Assembly: GCA_030621225.1 (NCBI GenBank)
Contig: JAUXIB010000003.1
Coordinates: forward strand, 1 to 41,873
Origin: a candidate division FCPU426 bacterium
GTDB lineage: Bacteria; Oederibacteriota; JAUXIB01
Reading direction: 5' to 3'
DNA: 41,873 nucleotides
A program made the translations under genes and the position numbers. The notes under the pieces were generated by a model that saw only the letters and a program-made list of their open reading frames with translations, searched no databases and had not been told where the DNA came from. The number at the start of each line of letters is the position of its first letter. Position 1 is the first letter of the stretch. Positions 27,533 through 37,003 of this stretch are shown piece after piece.

Positions 27533-28573
27533 ATGAAGAGATCACTGATAAAAGGAATAATGAAACACCGCCTGGGACGAGTAGGCTTCACCGTCCTGCT
27601 TGTGTTATACACTGCGGTACTGTTCGCCGGATTCCTTTCCCCCTATCATCCGGCCGAGCACCATCGCCGCGCGGCGTATCATCCGCCAACGCCGATTAAA
27701 TTCAGCCTGGCGCAGGGATTTTACGTTAATGGATATGAACTTACTGATGTAGCTTTCAAGCGGTATAAGTTGCTCCAGCAACAGCGGTACAAGGTAAAAT
27801 TTTTAGCCAAAGGGTTTTCGTATCGTATTTTTGGGGTCATTCCCGCGGAGCGTCACTTTATCCAGACGGCGCAGGGGGGGCATCTCTTTCTGTTCGGTAG
27901 CGATCATTTTGGCCGGGATGTTTTTGCGCGCATACTATACGGCGGCCGGGTTTCTCTGAGCATCGGACTGATCGGTGTGGCTATTTCTTTTTCGCTGGGC
28001 TTGTTTGTCGGCGGCATATCCGGGTATTTCGGCGGTCGGGTGGATGATATTTTGATGCGGCTGTGTGAGGTGATCATGAGTGTGCCCGGCTTTTATCTGC
28101 TGCTGGCTTTGCGTGCCGTCATCCCGTTGCAGCTCTCTTCCACGCAAACTTACCTGGCGCTGGTCGGGTTGCTTTCCTTTATCGGCTGGCCGGGGTTGGC
28201 GCGGGTGATCCGTGGACAGGTTTTGTCTATTCGTGAACGGGACTTTGTCGCGGCGGCGAAGGCGATCGGCGCCTCGCCCGTGCGGATCATCGTTAGGCAT
28301 ATAATTCCTAATACTTTTTCTTATACGATCGTTGCCGCTACTCTTTCCATTCCTGGTTATATCCTGGGAGAGTCCGGGCTTTCCTTTCTGGGGCTGGGTA
28401 TCCAGGAACCGGACGCCAGTTGGGGTAATATGCTTTCCGCGGCGATGAGTATCCACGCGCTCTCCTCTTTTTTCTGGATACTTGTGCCGGGATTGTTCAT
28501 CTTCATTGCGATTATGAGTTTTAATCTGCTGGGGGACGCGATAAGGGATGTTACGGATCCGAGAATTAACTAG
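27533..28573 (+). CDS. Peptide ABC transporter permease (OppC/DppC-like)
   Basis: FGSDHFGRDVFARILYGGRVSL, DFVAAAKAIGAS..RHIIPN, ESGLSFLGLG. Confidence 0.95.
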   Translation: MKRSLIKGIMKHRLGRVGFTVLLVLYTAVLFAGFLSPYHPAEHHRRAAYHPPTPIKFSLAQGFYVNGYELTDVAFKRYKLLQQQRYKVKFLAKGFSYRIFGVIPAERHFIQTAQGGHLFLFGSDHFGRDVFARILYGGRVSLSIGLIGVAISFSLGLFVGGISGYFGGRVDDILMRLCEVIMSVPGFYLLLALRAVIPLQLSSTQTYLALVGLLSFIGWPGLARVIRGQVLSIRERDFVAAAKAIGASPVRIIVRHIIPNTFSYTIVAATLSIPGYILGESGLSFLGLGIQEPDASWGNMLSAAMSIHALSSFFWILVPGLFIFIAIMSFNLLGDAIRDVTDPRIN

Positions 28574-28665
28574 TGGACAGGGGCCAGGGGTCGGTGGTCA
28601 GTGGGCAAGAATATACCAGCGACAGGTGACACGGGATGCGTGATGAGTATTGAGTGAAAGGAAAT

Positions 28666-29688
28666 ATGAAGAAGACAGCGCCAGCCAAGAATAAGAAGCG
28701 ACGCAATACGCAATACCCAATACGCAATACCAAACCATTGCTTGAGGTGGAGGGACTCACCGTCCGTTTTTCCACCACCAGTGGCACGTTGACTGCTGTT
28801 GACGACATAAGCTACAGCATCCGGCGCGGTGAGTTCGTTGCTGTTTTAGGGGAGAGTGGTTGCGGCAAGAGCGTATCGGCGCTATCACTGCTTCGGCTGG
28901 TGCCGTCTCCGGGGCGGATCACCGCGCGGGGGATCAGGTTCGCGGCGAAGGACTTGCTGGAGTTGAGCGAGGATAAAATGCGCCGGGTGCGCGGCAAAGA
29001 GATCGCTATGATCTTTCAGGAGCCGATGACCTCACTTAATCCTTTGTTCAGGGTGGGAGACCAGATCGGTGAGGCCATCAAAATGCACCACCGATTAGCG
29101 AAGGGACAGCTGTATGCTCGATTGATGAAATCTTTAAGCGGCATGGGTCTAGCGGACCCGGCGAGAGTTGCTGAGAGTTACCCACATGAATTATCCGGTG
29201 GTATGCGTCAACGGGCGATGATCGCTATGGCTCTTTCTTGCCGCCCGAAGCTGTTGATCGCTGATGAGCCAACAACGGCGCTTGATGTTACCATTCAGGC
29301 GCAGATATTGAAGTTACTGACCGGATTACAGAAGGATAAGAACCTGGCCGTGCTGTTGATAACGCACGATGTCGGAGTGGTCTACGAGACTGCCGAGCGG
29401 GTGATGGTCATGTATACAGGCCGTGTAGTGGAGGACGCTCCGGTACGACAGCTCTTTGATAAGCCTTTGCACCCTTATACTATCGGTCTGTTGGCATCGG
29501 TTCCGGATATTAGAAAGGCGGGCAGGGAATTGCCAACGATAAAAGGTCAAGTGCCTAATATGCTCCAGCTATCTTCAGGTTGTCACTTTAGAGATCGTTG
29601 TCCCCGTGCTATCAAGAGGTGCGCGAAAGAGCGGCCTGAACTTCGCACTGTGGGTGACGGCCGACGGGTGGCGTGTATTAGGGTTTAA
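28666..29688 (+). CDS. Peptide ABC transporter ATP-binding protein (OppD/DppD-like)
   Basis: GESGCGKS, LSGGMRQR, IADEPTTALD, HPYT, C-terminal Cys motif. ATG 28666 follows AAGGA. Confidence 0.95.
   Translation: MKKTAPAKNKKRRNTQYPIRNTKPLLEVEGLTVRFSTTSGTLTAVDDISYSIRRGEFVAVLGESGCGKSVSALSLLRLVPSPGRITARGIRFAAKDLLELSEDKMRRVRGKEIAMIFQEPMTSLNPLFRVGDQIGEAIKMHHRLAKGQLYARLMKSLSGMGLADPARVAESYPHELSGGMRQRAMIAMALSCRPKLLIADEPTTALDVTIQAQILKLLTGLQKDKNLAVLLITHDVGVVYETAERVMVMYTGRVVEDAPVRQLFDKPLHPYTIGLLASVPDIRKAGRELPTIKGQVPNMLQLSSGCHFRDRCPRAIKRCAKERPELRTVGDGRRVACIRV
28701..28731 (+). repeat. ACGCAAT heptamer array inside oppD-like N-terminus
   Basis: acgcaat acgcaat acccaat acgcaat acc; the same unit is intergenic at about 38278. 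Confidence 0.85.
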
Positions 29689-29748
29689 TCGAGTCGAATG
29701 TCCAATGTCAAACGTCTGAACGTCCGATGTCTCTTCCGGACTCGATAC

Positions 29749-29917
29749 TAGTCGTTAGTATTTGGTATCTGGTATTTGGTTGGTCCTCCGGACACTCCAA
29801 CATTAAACAGAATATGGTCGGCCTTCGGACACTCCAATATACAAAAAAATAGTTGGCCGTCCCGGCACTCCGATATTAAACAGAATTTGGTCGCCGACTA
29901 AACACTAAATACCAACG
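29749..29917. repeat. Inverted-arm element with three 34-39 nt internal tandem units
   Basis: Arms are related to 36626-36700 and 38137-38250. Units at 29781, 29815 and 29854 share TGGYC..CGG(A)CACTCC. Confidence 0.8.
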
Positions 29918-29998
29918 AGCTACGAACTACGAACTACTAGCTACGAGTAAGATGGCATACCACATATAGTCTTTCCTCAAGTCTTATAATAATACCGC

Positions 29999-30028
29999 TT
30001 GACCCATCTACATATAGTATGCTATAAT
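29999..30028 (+). promoter_or_regulatory. Sigma70-like promoter for nrdR
   Basis: TTGACC-18 nt-TATAAT with extended -10 (TGc). Confidence 0.7.
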
Positions 30029-30088
30029 ACGATTATTCAATATCCTGTGCGACGATAGATAATAGACGAATAACGAAAGACGAAAAGA

Positions 30089-30541
30089 ATGCGTTGCCCA
30101 TACTGTGGACATGATGACGATAAGGTAGTTGATTCTCGCTCCAGCAAGGACGGTGCCGCGGTAAGGCGGCGGCGTGAGTGCTTGAAGTGCGAGAAGCGTT
30201 TTACTACCTATGAGCAGGTTGAGGAGTTGATGCCGGTGGTGGTGAAAAAGGACAGTCGGCGTGAGCCTTATGACCGGTCGAAGGTAATGGGGGGCTTGCA
30301 GGTAGCCTGCCGTAAACTGCCTGTGTCTCAGAAGGTACTGGAAGATGTTTGCGATAAGATCGAGAAATTTGTGATGGATCGTTCCGATAAGGAAGTGAAT
30401 AGCTCTGAGATCGGCGAGATGGTTATTCGTTTGTTGCACAAGGTTGATGAAGTTGCCTATATCAGGTTTGCTTCCGTTTACCGTGAGTTTAAAGACAGAA
30501 AAGCCTTTATTAATGAGTTATCCCGCTTCATGAAGAAGTAA
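30089..30541 (+). CDS. nrdR: Transcriptional repressor NrdR
   Basis: MRCPYC zinc ribbon, VVDSR, RRRRECLKCEKRFTTYE, ATP-cone, AYIRFASVYREF. Confidence 0.97.
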   Translation: MRCPYCGHDDDKVVDSRSSKDGAAVRRRRECLKCEKRFTTYEQVEELMPVVVKKDSRREPYDRSKVMGGLQVACRKLPVSQKVLEDVCDKIEKFVMDRSDKEVNSSEIGEMVIRLLHKVDEVAYIRFASVYREFKDRKAFINELSRFMKK

Positions 30542-30573
30542 CCCGCCGACTTAGTTAGCAGCCAAGTCATAAG

Positions 30574-30708
30574 AGCCACAGAGGTCACAGAGTTCACAGA
30601 GAAACGACTTTTCCTGGATAACACCAACAAAACACTCCATCTTTTTTGTTGTCTCCGTGGTACGCACAGAAAAAAATCTTTTGTCTTTCCTCTGTGATCT
30701 CTGTGGCT
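30574..30708. repeat. 9-mer (CACAGAGRT) inverted-repeat element with no gene inside
   Basis: AGCCACAGAGGTCACAGAG (30574-30592) versus CTCTGTGATCTCTGTGGCT (30690-30708); 18/19 complementary. Confidence 0.85.
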
Positions 30709-30833
30709 AATTAGCCGTTCCCCGTATCCTGTATACTGATTTGTTTATAACTCATAATTCCTGACTCATACCCTCTATTCCTATAGAATAACCGGAAAAA
30801 CTGCTTTAATATTTCAATTTCGTCCAAAATTCC

Positions 30834-30862
30834 TTGACACTTTAATAGCAAAATGCCACAAT
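30834..30862 (+). promoter_or_regulatory. Sigma70-like promoter for citrate synthase
   Basis: TTGACA-17 nt-CACAAT with TGc extension. Confidence 0.6.
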
Positions 30863-30995
30863 GACCACCTTTGAAGTACGCTATATGGGGGGGTTAGCCG
30901 CTGTTTTTGATTAGCGGAGTAGAACCCGTCACGGTACTTCTTCCCCCTGCGAATAGCTTGTAGTCAACTGCATTCCTTAAAAAAGGAGAGAGATC

Positions 30996-32273
30996 ATGGG
31001 AAAACTCCAGGAGAAACTGGCCGGCCAGATTCCCGTTTGGCGGGAAGAAGCAAAAGCGCTGGTTAAAGAGCACGGCGATAAGGTGATTGATCAGGTCAAG
31101 GTTTCACAGGTTTTCGGCGGGATTCGCGGGGTGAAGTGTCTTATCTGTGATACCTCTGAAGTCGCTTTGGACAGTGGTCTTATCATTCGCGGTAAGCCGC
31201 TCAAAGAGCTGACCGATAAAATTCCCGAGGAGATACTCTGGCTGCTGATGACCGGCGAGATGCCCAGCGAGGAGGAGACGGAAGATCTGCGCAAGGATCT
31301 GGCCGAGCGGATGGAGGTTCCTGATTACGTTTGGAAAGTATTGGAGGCGATGCCGGAGGATTCCCATCCGATGTGTATGCTGAATACAGGTATCCTGGTA
31401 ATGGAGCGGGAAGCTAAGTTCCGCCAGGCGTATAACAAGGGTGTGAAGAAACCGGATTATTGGGTGTCTACTCTGGAAGACGCTCTTGATATTATCGCTA
31501 GGACTGCTACCCTGGCTGCCGGCGTCTATCGCATGCGTTACAACAAGGGCGAGCGGATCTCTACCGATAAGAGCAAGGACTACGGCACCAATTATGCCGC
31601 TATGTTGGGGGTGGATGATCCCTCTGGGGATTTCGCTAAGCTGATGCAGCTTTACCTAACGCTGCATTCCGACCACGAGAGTGGCAATGTCAGCGCTAAT
31701 GCGGCTCAGGTTGTTAATTCCGCGCTCTCCGATCTTTACTATGCTGTTTCCGCCGGCTTTAACGGCTTGGCCGGGCCATTGCACGGTTTGGCTAATCAGG
31801 AGTGTCTTGCTTGGGTGATAGAGGTACACAAGAAGTTCAAGGGCGTGCCTTCGGATGAGGATTTGACAAAGTTTGCCTGGGAGACGTTGAATTCCGGCAA
31901 GGTCATTCCCGGTTACGGGCACGCTGTGTTACGCGTCACCGACCCGCGTTTTGACGCTTTCCTGGCCTTTGGTAAGGAGCATTGTCCGGATGACGAGATC
32001 TTTAATATCGTGGCAAAGATCTTCAATATCGTGCCCGGTGTTCTAAAGGAACATGGCAAGGCCAAGAGTCCCTGGCCGAATGTCGATGCCGGTAGCGGTT
32101 CTCTGCTCAATCATTACGGGCTTCAGGAGTTTGAGTATTACACCGTACTGTTCAGTGTTTCGCGTACGCTCGGCGTCTGTTCCCAGGCGGTGGTGGCACG
32201 TGCCCTGGGTGCGCCGATCATCCGGCCGAAGTCAGTGACCACGGGCTGGGTCAAGGAGCAGGTGAGCAAGTAA
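30996..32273 (+). CDS. gltA: Citrate (Si)-synthase, eukaryote-like type
   Basis: DHESGNVSA, GLAGPLHGLANQE, VIPGYGHAVLRVTDPRF, PWPNVDAGSG; catalytic His/His/Asp present. GGAG SD. Confidence 0.93.
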   Translation: MGKLQEKLAGQIPVWREEAKALVKEHGDKVIDQVKVSQVFGGIRGVKCLICDTSEVALDSGLIIRGKPLKELTDKIPEEILWLLMTGEMPSEEETEDLRKDLAERMEVPDYVWKVLEAMPEDSHPMCMLNTGILVMEREAKFRQAYNKGVKKPDYWVSTLEDALDIIARTATLAAGVYRMRYNKGERISTDKSKDYGTNYAAMLGVDDPSGDFAKLMQLYLTLHSDHESGNVSANAAQVVNSALSDLYYAVSAGFNGLAGPLHGLANQECLAWVIEVHKKFKGVPSDEDLTKFAWETLNSGKVIPGYGHAVLRVTDPRFDAFLAFGKEHCPDDEIFNIVAKIFNIVPGVLKEHGKAKSPWPNVDAGSGSLLNHYGLQEFEYYTVLFSVSRTLGVCSQAVVARALGAPIIRPKSVTTGWVKEQVSK

Positions 32274-32309
32274 CCACGGGTCGCTGACTAACAAGGTCTC
32301 TAGACGCAC

Positions 32310-32344
32310 GTAGGGGCGCAGCATGCTGCGCCCCTACTTTTTTT
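32310..32344. terminator. Perfect 28-bp GTAG-class palindrome plus T7; likely terminator/REP between convergent gltA and eno
   Basis: GTAGGGGCGCAGCATGCTGCGCCCCTAC followed by TTTTTTT. Confidence 0.85.
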
Positions 32345-32385
32345 CAGTCGTCTTGTTGTCCGCTAACGATCAGCGGTGTCGCGGG

Positions 32386-33684
<1,299 letters not shown>

Positions 33685-33825
33685 TTAGGTTTCAAAGATG
33701 GTTAGATTAGCTTTTTATTCGGGCAAAGTCAAACAGAATTTTTGTGGTGGATTTTTACGATAAAATCTCTTGACAGAGGGGCGGGAGAGTATGCTATACA
33801 TATGGTAGAGATTGGAGGGCTTGGA

Positions 33826-34224
33826 ATGAAAAAAATCATTGTTTGGGTGTGTTTTATAGGGACTTTGTCTTTTGTTCTTGGTCAAAGCACAATGATCGTT
33901 GATTTTCTTGAGTCGAAGTTAATTGACCAAGAGTCTGAGTCAACTGACGCCCCCAAGCTCCTCTACCAAATGGGGAAATATTGTTATTCTCTTTCGAACC
34001 TTGAGCGTGCGGCAAAATGTTTTGGGCGGGTATTGGAAGATCACTCGGAGGTCATCCCCTGGGCACCGGCCAGTCTTTTCATGATCGGGAAGATCCACGA
34101 GAAGAAGGGAGCGATACTTCAGGCTAGGTTGACCTTCGAACGTATGGAGGAGGATTACCCATACGAGGAAGAATATTTGGAGAAAGCCGCGGCTAAATTG
34201 TCAGAACTAGAAAGGGCTTATTGA
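33826..34224 (+). CDS. Small exported/membrane-anchored TPR protein
   Basis: N-terminal hydrophobic segment and TPR-like helices (LYQMGKY, SLFMIGKIHEK). GGAGG SD before ATG 33826. Confidence 0.6.
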   Translation: MKKIIVWVCFIGTLSFVLGQSTMIVDFLESKLIDQESESTDAPKLLYQMGKYCYSLSNLERAAKCFGRVLEDHSEVIPWAPASLFMIGKIHEKKGAILQARLTFERMEEDYPYEEEYLEKAAAKLSELERAY

Positions 34225-35237
34225 TGTCTAAAAAATACTGGAGATGCTTGATAGTTCTCGTGTTTTTTGCGCTGGTGTTTTTTCCCGGTATTTCTTTGAA
34301 TGCGCAAGATGATGATATCGTGATCATAGACGATGAGGAGGAAGCGGCGGCGGGAGTGGAAAGCGGTGATTTAATCATAGAAGACGGTGAGCAAGAAGCG
34401 GGCGGGGAAGACGAGTACTATTATGAAGCAGCGGGAGGGGAGGAGTGGGATGAAGGGGATGAAGGAGAATTTGAGGTTAGCGAATTAGCGGAGACAGAAG
34501 AGCCGCTGGTGTATGGCGAGGAGTTATACCGCCCGGATTTTAAATTATCCCTTTCGCGATTAGAGCGTACAGGGCGTGTTCTTAATGAACGGAAGACGCC
34601 GCGGTATGACGGGGTTATCAAGCGGGCCTATGATTCTCGGGAGATGATAAGTACGGGTGATAAGATAATAATAACTTTGCGTAACGCGAGTGAAGTGGGA
34701 ATAGGGGAGGAGTTCACCATATTTCGTAAAGGTAAGTTAGTGGCTCATCCGCACAGTGGAAAACCTATCGGCTATTATATTAAGAATGTTGGCTACCTTT
34801 GTGTGATCGAGAAAAAAGAAGGTAGGATCCTGGCGGTGGTTAAGCAGGTTTATGACACGGTATATATCGGGAATAAGTTGAGGAGTCGGGAAGTGATTAA
34901 ACGGCAGCAGGCGGAAAGCAATAGGCCCCCCAGGATGCCCGAAGCCGGGGAAGTGCGCGGGTGTGTGGTGTGGACGGAGAATTCTTACGCGAGTAACGGG
35001 CATATCATTTGCCTGGACAGGGGGGCGGATGCCAACCTGGTGCCGGGGTTGATCGTAGAAATATATAATGTGCCCAAGGGAGTTGATATAACTAAAAAAG
35101 ATAATGGAGTTCGTTTTGCCATTGGCGAGATAGAGCTCATACGGGTTGACCGAAATACTTCGATGGCCGTAATTGTGAAGGCCAAAGATGGGATAAAGGT
35201 GGGGCAGCAGGCGGTATTGACCATAAGTGTAGAATAG
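34224..35237 (+). CDS. Exported protein with TsaP/FlgT-C-like C-terminal region and acidic N-terminal tract
   Basis: Signal peptide; D/E-rich residues about 28-95; GDKIII..GEEFTIFRKGKLVAHPHSGKPIG..VG pattern seen in dprA-linked TsaP-like proteins. TGATG overlap with the upstream gene. Confidence 0.55.
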   Translation: MSKKYWRCLIVLVFFALVFFPGISLNAQDDDIVIIDDEEEAAAGVESGDLIIEDGEQEAGGEDEYYYEAAGGEEWDEGDEGEFEVSELAETEEPLVYGEELYRPDFKLSLSRLERTGRVLNERKTPRYDGVIKRAYDSREMISTGDKIIITLRNASEVGIGEEFTIFRKGKLVAHPHSGKPIGYYIKNVGYLCVIEKKEGRILAVVKQVYDTVYIGNKLRSREVIKRQQAESNRPPRMPEAGEVRGCVVWTENSYASNGHIICLDRGADANLVPGLIVEIYNVPKGVDITKKDNGVRFAIGEIELIRVDRNTSMAVIVKAKDGIKVGQQAVLTISVE

Positions 35238-35263
35238 GTCATGAGAACTGAGCTGTGTAAATC

Positions 35264-35286
35264 ACCGGCCCCCGGGGCGGTTTTTT
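35264..35286 (+). terminator. Putative intrinsic terminator
   Basis: ACC(G)GCCC-ccg-GGGCGGT followed by a T-run. Confidence 0.55.
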
Positions 35287-35377
35287 GTTTCCTCTTTTTG
35301 GCCGGGCTCTCCCGTGTTAGTTTATGAAACAGCGATAGTAGCGATTTGGTTGTGTGACGCTGAATGGGTATAGCTTT

Positions 35378-36562
35378 ATGAACGAACAAGCGGCGGAATA
35401 TTTCAAAGTAGGAACTCGTTTGTTAAGCGAGGGTGATCTGGATGGAGCACAGGAAAACCTGGTGCGTGTTCTGGAGATAGAGCCGGACTTGCCGGAAGCC
35501 TTGTTGGGGTTGGGTAGTGTTTATTGCCAACAGGGGGAGACAAAGGCGGCGATAACTAAATACAAGCGGTACTTGGAGCTGGAGCCGGATAGCGCGGCAA
35601 TTCATTCGGAGCTGGGCGAGCTTTACGATCAGGAAGACAAAGCGGAGTTGGCGCGCGGCATGTATTTACGGGCGATAGAGTTGGACGGTAAGAACGCTAA
35701 AATACACGAGCGGTTGGGGGATTTTTATTACGGTCGGTTTGAGCATGAGGAAGCCTTGAAGAGTTATAAGCAGGCCTTGAAATTGGACGCCGATAATGCC
35801 GAAATCGCTTTTAAGATAGCTGACATTTATGAGTCGAAAGGGGACACTGACGAAGCGATTATTGCTTACGAGAAGACGGTGGAATTAAACCCTAATCATG
35901 CAATGGTTCACGTAATGCTGGGTAATCTTTATAAGAAGATAGGGTTGCCGGATGAAGCGGAACGTATGTATGAGAAGGCTTTGAAGATAAGTCCCAAGGA
36001 AGGCGAGGCGTTACTGGCCCTGGGACTGGCTAAATTAGACAAGGGGGATTATAAGCAGGCGGTAAAATCACTGCAACGCTGTCTGAAAGGGGACGAGGAT
36101 AACGTTGGCGCGCTTGATGCATTGGCATATTCTTATGTCTGTCTCTCCCGCAAGGATGACGCTTTGATGTCTTACAAGCGGATACTTGTCCTGCAGCCGG
36201 AAGGGGAGCTGTATAATCGAGCGATGGCTTTCGTTTATCAGAGCGAGGGGGAATCGGCGAAAGCCGTGGATGAATATAAACAGGCGATCGAGGCGCAGCC
36301 TGAGAGTCGTCAGAATCGCTGGCTATTGGCGGACCTTTATTATCGTTTAGAGGATTATACGAAAGCGGTGAAGGAGTTTAAGACTCTACTCAAAGGAACA
36401 AGTGATGATCTCAGTATACTTTGCCGTTTAGGTGAATCCTATATGAAGCTTGGCGATGCTCCGGCTGCCATCAAGAGCTGGGATCAATCATTGAAATTAG
36501 AGCCGAATAACGATATCCTTCGGCTTAAGGTGAAGCGGTTGAAAGAAAGCCTGGAGGGGTGA
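35378..36562 (+). CDS. Tetratricopeptide-repeat protein (about 10-11 TPRs)
   Basis: Regular 34-aa repeats (e.g. ALLGLGSVY..QG...A...Y.R.LE.EP). Start uncertain (GTG 35354 or ATG 35378). Confidence 0.9.
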   Translation: MNEQAAEYFKVGTRLLSEGDLDGAQENLVRVLEIEPDLPEALLGLGSVYCQQGETKAAITKYKRYLELEPDSAAIHSELGELYDQEDKAELARGMYLRAIELDGKNAKIHERLGDFYYGRFEHEEALKSYKQALKLDADNAEIAFKIADIYESKGDTDEAIIAYEKTVELNPNHAMVHVMLGNLYKKIGLPDEAERMYEKALKISPKEGEALLALGLAKLDKGDYKQAVKSLQRCLKGDEDNVGALDALAYSYVCLSRKDDALMSYKRILVLQPEGELYNRAMAFVYQSEGESAKAVDEYKQAIEAQPESRQNRWLLADLYYRLEDYTKAVKEFKTLLKGTSDDLSILCRLGESYMKLGDAPAAIKSWDQSLKLEPNNDILRLKVKRLKESLEG

Positions 36563-36625
36563 AGAATTGTGAGTTATGAATTATGAGTTATGAATAAGGC
36601 GGTACACAGGATACGGGATATGAGT

Positions 36626-36700
36626 TAGTCGTTAGTCGTTGGTATTTAGTATTTAGTCGTCAACCAAATACCAATGACTAAATACTAACGACCAAAACAG
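36626..36700. repeat. Inverted-arm element, empty form
   Basis: TAGTCGTTAGTCGTTGGTATTTAGTATTTAGTCGTCAACCAAA-ta-CCAATGACTAAATACTAACGACCAAAACAG. Confidence 0.85.
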
Positions 36701-36756
36701 CAAATAGGAAGTGGCAAACCAGATACTAGATACGAGATACCAGATACGCTTGTCAC

Positions 36757-36806
36757 GCCGTAGCCCCCGAGCTTGTTTGCCAACAGGCAAACGCGGGGGC
36801 GAAGGT
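36757..36806. repeat. Nested REP-like hairpin
   Basis: GCCCCCG..GTTTGCC-aaca-GGCAAAC..CGGGGGC followed by GAAGG. Confidence 0.6.
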
Positions 36807-36809
36807 GGA

Positions 36810-36963
36810 TGTCGTCGTGGTGAAAAGGACGTTAGCCGTTACGGTGCGCGTTGGTGTTTGAAAAGAAAGAACGTCGTGTCGTCGTGGTGAAAAGGACGTT
36901 AGCCGTTACGGTGCGCGTTGGTGTTTGAAAAGAAAGAACATCGTGTCGTCGTGGTGAAAAAGG
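36810..36963 (+). repeat. 67-bp tandem repeat, 2.3 copies
   Basis: Units start at 36810, 36877 and 36944. Units 1 and 2 differ at one position. Confidence 0.92.
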
Positions 36964-37003
36964 TAGTTCATTGGTAGTTGGGATAGATGGGGGTTTGAAA
37001 TCT

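Noticed and set aside
29781-29887. Mini CRISPR array
   Set aside because: Total period is only 34-39 nt, the conserved part is about 10 nt and degenerate, and the variable parts resemble each other.
30869-30970. tRNA gene
   Set aside because: Multi-stem and GC-rich, but no TTCRA T-loop, D-loop or acceptor/CCA pattern.
33770-33800. Sigma70 promoter (TTGACA at 33770)
   Set aside because: The best -10 candidates give 14- or 19-nt spacers; not supportable.
36810-36963. CRISPR array
   Set aside because: Whole 67-bp units are duplicated with no unique spacers, and no cas genes are in the window.
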